From assembly GCA_964016885.1 (NCBI GenBank), contig OZ024740.1:204538001-204602000 (forward strand): a stretch of 64,000 nucleotides of DNA, written 5' to 3'. This stretch comes from Eledone cirrhosa (taxonomy: Eukaryota). Shown here piece after piece: positions 54,338 through 64,000 of this stretch. The notes under the pieces are model-generated. The model searched no databases. It had not been told where the DNA came from and saw only the letters and a program-made list of their open reading frames with translations. Both the position numbers and the translations under genes were made by a program. Numbering within the stretch: the first letter of the stretch is position 1; every line of letters starts with the position of its first letter.

Positions 54338-56033
54338 CAGAATAAACATTGAATTTCAATGTAACATACATTTAAGAGAGCTGAAATCAATGACTGAAAT
54401 ATAGTACTCAATATATTTCCAAATTTAAGATTTATTCTCTGAAAAAAATCAAAAGGTAGCACTAACTTCTAAGTCACCATCACAGAAACTTCAAAGTTAC
54501 TGCCACATTTTTCATTGGAAAATATAACTTGTATTCTACTCTCATATAATGAGTGCTCATTCAGTTAATGTTTGAATGTTTTATATACATAAAACCTCCC
54601 TTCAGTATATTTCCAGTAAAAGGTTCATTTGAAAACCAATTTTTATTCCTCCTTAATTTTTTTTTTTACATAATTAGAAGATTTAAGGTAAATTTAATGT
54701 AAATATAACTTAAATATTTATAATTAGAAGCCTGCTCTGTGGAAACAATGACATACAAAGACTTTCTCTCTTATGATTTTCTGTGTAGAGGAATAATGGA
54801 AAGTGCTTACACTTCATTCTTTTCCCAGTAAGGCTTCTAATTCAAATACTGTAGTTACATCTACATTAAATTTACCTTAAATCTTTTCATATACTTTGTT
54901 CTAGCATAAATTTTTAATTTTGCATTCTTCTCAAATGTTGGAGTTAATCTGAAGAAATATTCTAACTTCGATAATCCTTATATAAACTTTTGATAAACTT
55001 CAGAAAACCCATGAACGACACCATAGTCTAAGTATAAAATATCTAATTGAGATAGCTTTAGGAAACTGCTGCAGTGCAAATGGAACTATAAATATCAAAG
55101 TAACAATACCAAAATAGAGAAGAAAGAGAAAAAAGGAGATTGGATTGTTACCATGGAAATATTAAAGTTTTTTCTTTCATTTTCTGATAATATTACTTCA
55201 ATATATAGACATTTATATTATATCAACTCCTAAAACTATCTCATTCTTCATACATACATTATATATATATATATATATATAGATAGATACATACATATAC
55301 AAAGAGCATTTTATCCAAAATATTACAAAGTATTCAATATTTCCAAAGGAACATTCCAGTATTGTTGATTTTTCTTTGTTTTCTGGTATTGTTACTTCAA
55401 TATATTTAGCTCCAATTACCTTGTAGTGACTTTCTAAAACAAACTCAATGTTCATATCCCAAGCAAACTACACTCTTCTATCTAATTATAAATCTCCTAT
55501 TGTGTTCATAAATGGAAACCCAAATTCCAATGGTTTGACAATACACTGTCAAAGTTGAGCAATAGAAAACATTTCATACAAGAGATCAAGACCATTAATA
55601 AAAGAAAAAGAAAAAAAGAAAAAAATAGTGTGAAGACATGGAGCAGAGATGCAAATTTACCTAAAACAAAAACTAAAAACTTGCACAAAGTTTACTAAGT
55701 AATTATTTATTCATATATAAAAAAAAAATTTAACACTGAATCAATAAAATGCCTGTTAACTCAATAAATATTGTGTTCCTAACAAAAATAAAATCTGAAT
55801 GGGTTTTAGATATTCTGAGAGTAAAATAAACATGGAATTGAAATGACGATAACTTCATTATATATTTTAATCCAAGTGCTACTACAATATATATATATAC
55901 ACGTAAAAATACATTATATATATACACACACACAAACATACATTACATATGCATATATACATTTATATATACATAAACTATATATATATACTTATATATA
56001 TATATATATATATATACACAAACATACATCAAT

Positions 56034-56064
<31 letters not shown>

Positions 56065-56066
56065 CA

Positions 56067-56109
<43 letters not shown>

Positions 56110-56144
56110 TTAACATATATATATATATATATATATATATCATT

Positions 56145-56175
<31 letters not shown>

Positions 56176-57131
56176 CATTAACATATATATATATATATAT
56201 CATTAACATATATATATATATATCATTAACATATATATATATATATCATTAACATATATATATATATCATTAACATATATATATATATATCATTAACATA
56301 TATATATATATATCATTAACATATATATATATATATCATTAACATATATATATATATCATTAACATATATATATATATATCATTAACATATATATATATA
56401 TCATTAACATATATATATATATCATTAACATATATATATATATCATTAACATATATATATATATATCATTAACATATATATATCATTAATATATATATAT
56501 ATATCATTAATATATATATATATCATTAATATATATATATATCATTAATATATATATATATATCATTAATAATATATATATATATCATTAATGATATATA
56601 TATATATCATTAATGATATATATATATATCATTAATATATATATCATTAATATATATATATATATATCATTAATGTATATATATATACATACCATTAATA
56701 TATATACATACCATTAATATATATACATATCATTAATATATATACATATCATTAATATATATACATATCATTAATATATATATATATCATTAATATATAT
56801 ATATATATATATCATTAATATATATATATATATATCATTAATATATATATATATATATCATTAATATATATATATATCATTAATATATATATATATATCA
56901 TTAATATATATATATATATATCATTAATATATATATATATATATATATATATCATTAATATATATATATCATTAATATATATATATATCATTAATATATA
57001 TATATATCATTAATATATATATATCATTAATATATATATATATATACATATCATGAATATATATATCATTATATACGTGGGAAAGTAAAAAAATCGGAGA
57101 ATAGACCATTAAAACATGTTTATTTAAAACA

Positions 57132-57171
57132 GCACCTACGTACGTTTCGCCCAGTTGGGCTTCTCAAGGGC
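57132..57171 (-). ncRNA. Minimal type I hammerhead ribozyme, inverted copy
   Basis: Reverse complement of 57725-57764. Confidence 0.7.
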
Positions 57172-57724
57172 ATAAATAATGAAAAGTGTCCACTTCGCTC
57201 GCAGACTCCATCACATCACTAAAGGACTTAAACATCAGCTTCTCCACGCACTGGGAGATTGTCGGTAGGGCTGCACCGTACAACTTCAAGAGGAAATGCA
57301 ATCTTTGCCTCATGGAGCTCTACCACATCATAACTGCACCCCACGAGCTCATCAACAGCAGAGCTGAAACAGCGATAAGTTGTACACATCGCTTAAAAAT
57401 ATCCTTCTTCAGATGGGTTAAGGATGAGGAGTGAAACCGTACACCGGATCTCCCTGCAACAAGTCTTAAGACCCCGGCGGGCAGGCGCTGCAAAATAACA
57501 CCCAGGAAACAATCCTTGCATACCAGACCCAGCCTCAGACAAACAGATGCGGCAAAAAAAAAAAAAAATTGTCCGGGAAAGACTGCCCTAACACCGGCCG
57601 GAGTTACCTCCCTTGACCTGCTGCAAAATCAACACAAGCTATTTTTGCGAGCAATGAACCTTGATGTGGATTTAACCCCAAAAACTCTTTCCGAGCAATA
57701 TAAGGAACACTTTTCATTATTTAT

Positions 57725-57764
57725 GCCCTTGAGAAGCCCAACTGGGCGAAACGTACGTAGGTGC
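57725..57764 (+). ncRNA. Minimal type I hammerhead ribozyme
   Basis: GCCC-TTGAGAA-GCCC(AACT)GGGC-GAAA-C(GTAC)G-TA-GGTGC; U3:A8 core, palindromic loop 3, imperfect stem I. Confidence 0.75.
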
Positions 57765-58126
57765 TGTTTTAAATAAACATGTTTTAACGGTCTATTCTCC
57801 GATTTTTTACTTTCCCACATGCTTACGCTCTGCTAACTCTCTAGCCCACTAAATATTAACACTTCGAATATTTAATACTGCCGGCACTAGTATCGAGCAC
57901 CTTTGGCATACGCTACTTGGCAAATAACTATATATATCACCTATCGTCCCCTTTTTTCTCTTTCTCGATACGTAAATACTCTATATCATTATATATATAT
58001 ATATATATATCATTATATATATATATATATATATCATTAATATATATATATATATATCGTTAATATATATATATATATATCGTTAATATATATATATATA
58101 TATATCGTTATATATATATATATCGT

Positions 58127-58157
<31 letters not shown>

Positions 58158-58201
58158 ATGATATATTATCGTTAATATATATATATATATATATATTATT
58201 G

Positions 58202-58244
<43 letters not shown>

Positions 58245-58272
58245 TTAATATATATATCATTAATATATATAT

Positions 58273-58485
58273 AATAAACAACGCGAGATAATTATTTCAT
58301 TTACCAAAGGTTTCACGAAGACAGGCTGACGACCGAAGTCAGACGTTTGTGTCAGGCTCGCCTGTCTTCGTAAAACCTTTGGTAAATGAAATAATTATCT
58401 CATGTTTATTACATAACTAAAAAGCTCTGTAGCCTACATAGAGCACTCTCTTTTCCTTTACCTTTCCTACGGAAACACTTCATAT
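58273..58485 (+). mobile_element. Short Penelope-type pLTR relic with inverted arms
   Basis: Arms 58273-58326 and 58360-58410; GAAACC-TTT-GGTA resembles a hammerhead 3' half. Confidence 0.6.
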
Positions 58486-58546
58486 ATCATTAATATATAA
58501 TCATTAATATATATATATAATCATTAATATATATATATATATAATC

Positions 58547-59105
58547 AAAAAGAACAAAGAAACTATTATGACATTATAACAAGTTTATTGCCGACAGCCG
58601 TTTCGTCCGACCATAGCACCATTAAGGTGCTTCTACGAGATCCCAAGTCTTTTACTTTTAATGCGTAAATTATAAATTATCTAATTTTTAACCTTCAATC
58701 CCTGACTCTTAGGCCCTTTTCAAATTGTCTTAACTCCCCATAACCCATCCTTTTTACAATTCCGACAACTAATATAAAAGAGCATCCTTAGAATATAGAC
58801 CCCAAATATACAAGCGGAGCTGCTGATGTATACCACAATTTCAAACTGCTAATCTTGAGTGATACGTTGATGTAAATAATGAACTTACAATCACATGTTA
58901 TATGCCTTGAAAAGTCCCACCATGTGGTCGGACGAAACGGCTGTCGGCAATAAACTTGTTATAATGTCATAATAGTTCCTTTGTTCTTTTTCACTAATAT
59001 TTCTGCTCTGCTTATACGCATAGAGCTTAACTAGCTACCGTCACATATTTGGTAGGTCAGACGTGATCATCGCGATTCACATACGACCTACCATACATCT
59101 TGCTT
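58547..59105 (+). mobile_element. Non-coding Penelope-type pLTR with inverted 5' arm
   Basis: Arms 58547-58613 and 58925-58991; contains a hammerhead and AATAAA. Confidence 0.8.
58903..58949 (+). ncRNA. Minimal type I hammerhead ribozyme
   Basis: TGCC-TTGAAAA-GTCC..GGAC-GAAA-C(GGCT)G-TC-GGCA; perfect 4-bp stem I; GUC site at 58943-58945. Confidence 0.82.
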
Positions 59106-59562
59106 ATATATAATCATTAATCTATATATATATATATATATATATAATCATTATATATATATATATATATATAATCATTATATATATATATATATATATA
59201 ATCATTATATATATATATATATAATCATTATATATATATATATATATATAATCATTATATATATATATATATATATAATCATTATATATATATATATATA
59301 TATATATAATCATTATATATATATATATATATATAATCATTATATATATATATATATATATATATAATCATTATATATATATATATATATATATATAATC
59401 ATTATATATATATATATATCATTATATATATATATATATATATATATCATTATATATATATATATATATCATTATATATATATATATATATCATTATATA
59501 TATATATATATATCATTATATATATATATATATATATCATTATATATATATATATATATATC

Positions 59563-59595
<33 letters not shown>

Positions 59596-59666
59596 TTATA
59601 TATATATATATATATCATTATATATATATATATATATCATTATATATATATATATATATATATATC

Positions 59667-59699
<33 letters not shown>

Positions 59700-59780
59700 T
59701 TATATATATATATATATATATATCATTATATATATATATATATATATATATATCATTATATATATATATATATATATATC

Positions 59781-59813
<33 letters not shown>

Positions 59814-59890
59814 TTATATATATATATATATATATATATATCATTATATATATATATATATATATCATTATATATATATATATATATATC

Positions 59891-59963
<73 letters not shown>

Positions 59964-60136
59964 TTATATATATATATATATATATATCATTATATATATA
60001 TATATATATATCATTATATATATATATATATCATTATATATATATATATCATTATATATATATATATATATCATTATATATATATATATATATCATTATA
60101 TATATATATATATCATTATATATATATATATATCAT

Positions 60137-60174
<38 letters not shown>

Positions 60175-60216
60175 ATATCATTATATATATATATATATTA
60201 TATATATATATATCAT

Positions 60217-60252
<36 letters not shown>

Positions 60253-60259
60253 ATATCAT

Positions 60260-60295
<36 letters not shown>

Positions 60296-60302
60296 ATATC
60301 AT

Positions 60303-60338
<36 letters not shown>

Positions 60339-60569
60339 ATATCATTATATATATATATATATATCATTATATATATATATATATATCATTATATATATAT
60401 ATATATCATTATATATATATATATATCATTATATATATATATATATCATTATATATATATATATATCATTATATATATATATATATCATTATATATATAT
60501 ATATATCATTATATATATATATATATCATTATATATATATATATATCATTATATATATATATATATATC

Positions 60570-60621
<52 letters not shown>

Positions 60622-61624
60622 TATATATATATCATTATATATATATATATATCATTATATATATATATATATCATTATATATATATATCATTATATATAT
60701 ATATATCATTATATATATATATATATCATTATATATATATATATATCATTATATATATATATATATATATATATTTATCATTATATATGAGAAATTGAAC
60801 TCACAGTATAACCATTCACAATTGATCAGTTGAGCAAAACACCGGAATCAATGCGTTTCCCTCCGTAGAGAGAGACATGTCTACGTGTGGCACATCTCAT
60901 GTAGCATGCCACATGCGTTGCATCATGCCTACATGTGACGTTTAGACATTTGACATGTGAAGTGTTGGGTGGGGTGGGGGTAACAAATTAATAAACACTT
61001 AAAATACATGACTAAGATGAACAGAATATCAACCAAATAATGATATGGTGTGTATGTATATATGTGTATGTATGCATGTGAGTGTGGTGTGTATGTGTAT
61101 ATGTGCATGTATAAGATGTGTGTGTGAGTGAGTTGGGAATGTATGTGTGTGTGTGTGTGTGTAAGATAAGTGGAGATGTATATATATGTTTATAAGGTAT
61201 GTATGTGTGAATGTGGGGGAGGCTTGTGTATGAGTAAGGTGTGTGTGTGTGTGTGTCTGTATGTGAGGTGGGGTGTATGTATGCGTGATGGGGGGGGGGT
61301 ATATGAGGTGGAGTATACATACACTTAAAACAAAAAACTTTCTTTGGAAAATAGGATTGAAAAAAAAAATACGAAATGTTAAGGTGAAATTGTCCAACTC
61401 CAAGCAACCATCTTAATGACTTGTTCCAGAAGGAAAACGATGAGACCCTGGGAACCAGATAATAGTCAAGTGAGCAGATGTCTACAAAAGAAAGGAAAAT
61501 ACACAGTTAATATTCAGTAATTACATTATAGAAGAGCCATTTTAGCTTATCCAGAGCTTCTTGTTTCAATCTTATAAAACTAGTTGAAAATCATAAAATG
61601 AGATATATATGGTTGAAATATTTT

Positions 61625-62035
61625 TACTCTTTGGATGCCAAACCACCCCTGATTTTATCTTAAAATGTTTACACTTATCTAAAAGCTTTCCATCATAATT
61701 TTATGAATCATCCTTTGTTAACCCTTTAGCATTTAAACTGGCCATATCTGGTCAGAATTATCTCACCTCTTTTTGTTCAAACTGGTCGTAACTGGCTGCT
61801 CATACTTATGTTAAGGTATTGTTCTCAAAATAAATAATATTAAACTCACACAGATTCAATATTATGTGAGATAATTATGTAAGGTAAAATGTTTACCATT
61901 AAAATACAATAGTAAATATAGAGTAATGTAAATGCTAAATGGTTAAGTTGTGCTCCAAATACCAGCTTAATGAGAAAGTTTAGTTATGTTACAATATAAG
62001 CAATATCTTTCATTAGAAATATGGTAACGAAAGGG
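61625..62035. mobile_element. TTAA-type MITE with a second MITE (61722-61942) nested at an internal TTAA
   Basis: Right end ...ATATGGTAACGAAAGGG|TTAA; body similar to 21875-22010 and to 26377-26612 (inverted). Confidence 0.7.
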
Positions 62036-62064
62036 TTAAGAGTTGATTTGAGACTTGAAACAAC

Positions 62065-62390
62065 ACCTGTAGACATGCTTACAATATCAGAAAACACTAC
62101 AGCTCCCATCACTTTCGGGAACATTTTTTCCACGCTCAGAGTTGCTGAAGCATGGAACAAATTACCTGCATCAGTTGTTTGCTGTCAGGACACTGCATCC
62201 TTTAAAACTTCTATGCTTCCTGAAATTTGCCAATACCACACCTATTATTCTCCCTATATACACACGCAAGCATGTGTGTGTATCATGACTCATAAACTGT
62301 CCATTTTCCTGACATTTGTACATTATTCTATGTACTATACATGTACCTTTGATGAGTTGTAGTGCACCTGAGTACTGTGAACAATAATAT
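62065..62390 (+). mobile_element. CR1-type LINE 3' fragment, same family as 25215-26033
   Basis: TLRVAEAWNKLPASVV and matching 3'UTR. Confidence 0.85.
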
Positions 62391-62442
62391 GTTGAACACA
62401 CATACTTACAAAGGATTTCATTGTTGTTATCCAAATATGGCT

Positions 62443-62907
62443 CTATTGGTGCTGTTGAACCACAGGCTGCTGTTGGTGCTGTTGAACCACAGGCTGCTGT
62501 TGGTGCTGTTGAACTACAGGCTGCTGTTGGTGCTGTTGAACTACAGGCTGCTGTTGGTGCTGTTGAACCACAGGCTGCTGTTGGTGCTGTTGAACCACAG
62601 GCTGCTGTTGGTGCTGTTGAACCACAGGTTGCTGGTGGTGCTGCACTATAGGTTGATGTTGCTGCTGCTGCTGCTGCACTATAGGCTGATGTTGCTGCTC
62701 CTGCTGCTGTTGGTGTTGTTGCACTACAGGCTGATGTTGCTGTTGCTGCTGCTGCTGGTGTAAAGCAGTTTGCTGCTGCTGCTGTTGAGCAGCAGCCAAG
62801 TGCTGTTGCCTGAGCTTTTCTTGATCATGTACATATTGCTGCTGCTGTTGCTGTTCCTGGTGAGTTTGTTGCTGCATATGAACAACATTTGGATCAACAG
62901 GCTGCAC
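62443..62907 (-). CDS. Last coding exon of a gene with a Q/H/P-rich C-terminus; 5' exons beyond the window
   Basis: Pyrimidine tract plus TTTTAG acceptor at 62908-62909; open frame VQPVDPNVVH...(QQHQQQPVV)n to TAG; GTAAGT donor at 62409. Confidence 0.78.
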   Translation of the reverse strand: MQPVDPNVVHMQQQTHQEQQQQQQYVHDQEKLRQQHLAAAQQQQQQTALHQQQQQQQHQPVVQQHQQQQEQQHQPIVQQQQQQHQPIVQHHQQPVVQQHQQQPVVQQHQQQPVVQQHQQQPVVQQHQQQPVVQQHQQQPVVQQHQQQPVVQQHQ

Positions 62908-64000
62908 CTAAAACAGAGAAATATATGGTAAAGATGTTATGATATCACAGAAAACCAATGTGTGTGTGTTCTGTAACTTAGCAGTTGTCCAAAAACAGTT
63001 CAATAAAATAAGTATTGGAGTCAATATGCATGCATGCTTGGTCCCGTAACTCCTGGGAGAGTCGTAGGGGTGCCGTATTGACATATAACATTTCTAGAGC
63101 ATTTTTTAAAAACCTGGCAGATCCCATCTCCTCTCCAGGTCTGAATACAGAAGATTTCTTCCAGAGAAGGATAGAGAGAATGAGAGAATGGAAGCGAGAA
63201 AGGGATATAGAGGAAGAATCGACCCCAGTATTGACTTGTACTTTTTTTTAATCAACCTCGAAAGGCTGAACGGCAAAATTGACCATGGCAGGATTTAAAC
63301 ACAGAGAGCAGAGAACCAAAACAAATACTGGAAAGCATTCTATTCAACGTTCTAATGACTGCCAATTTGCCGCCTATGGCGTCGATATAATCAACTAACA
63401 ATCCCTTCAAGGTTTGTGCTGGTTGCCGTCTAATGACTGAAACCAGTAAAAGACTAAGATAATAATGGTTTACATCAATCAGGGTACTCTCCATTGTTCT
63501 AGGGTAGAAGACAAATATTTGAAAGGTCGGGGTCATGACTGACTTATGAATTCATATTTCTGGGTCAAAATATTAATCAATTAATGGTCATATTTCTAAT
63601 GAAATAATAATCTGTAGTTTAATTAATTAGCCCATTACTAGTGGATAATTTGTTGTGAAAATTTGCAATATTAGGCTAAAGGCTTTAATTTTTAATGTGA
63701 TGCAGTCATAATGCTTTTTTGTACTCTATTTAAAGACTGTCTTGCTAATGTGGTTTCATATGATTCATGATATTACAGTAACAGAATTTAGAATAGTAAT
63801 TCAACAATAAATGTAAGAACTAGTTCGTTTATATTTCAAATACTCTAAAAAAAAATCAATACTCTAAATGAACCATTACTGCCATTTCTCCCACCTATAA
63901 ATCTGAAGTTACATAATAACTTCAGATTTATAGGTAGGAGAAACTGGATTGACTGTACATACTCTTTAGTATTTAAACCGGCTGTAACCAACCACTCATA

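Larger units (their letters stand above)
57077..57985 (+). mobile_element. 5'-truncated Penelope-like element with inverted pLTR
   Basis: Inverted arms 57077-57189 and 57707-57818 around ORF ...WEIVGRAAPY..KCNLCL.E.YHI...LINSRAE..CTH. Confidence 0.9.
55880..60788. repeat. (TA)n-based array punctuated by TCATT/TCATTAAC spacers, hosting three Penelope-type insertions
   Basis: Direct inspection. Confidence 0.95.

Noticed and set aside
60875-60960. CATG-rich quasi-palindromic stretch
   Set aside because: Only short imperfect stems; could not define a consistent structure
62362-62763. Leu-rich and AAVGAVE-repeat ORFs on +
   Set aside because: Antisense shadows of the Q-rich exon, which has the splice signals

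Overview
AT-rich animal genomic DNA. The SINE families, TA microsatellites and Penelope elements suggest an Octopus-like cephalopod (inference). Main content: (1) a complete 7-exon GATD1/PDDC1 gene on + (16221-47651, 219 aa, phases checked by hand), with a 14.5-kb 14-bp satellite in intron 4. (2) The last coding exon of a convergent Q-rich gene (62443-62907, -), followed by a 3'UTR intron. (3) A possible first exon of a divergent gene (6945-7028, -). (4) A Buster/hAT transposon interrupted by an RTE LINE and a CRE-like retrotransposon. (5) A compound Helitron array with palindromic double-CTAG junctions, plus mariner, CR1, hAT relics, TTAA-flanked MITEs and many SINEs. The most notable signal is a set of Penelope-type pseudo-LTR insertions in (TA)n tracts. 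They carry minimal hammerhead ribozymes with U3:A8 covariation. Five copies from dissimilar families share a covarying bulged hairpin (RYTC-stem-TM-GAGY) downstream of the ribozyme, a candidate uncharacterised RNA motif. All analysis was by eye and no searches were run.
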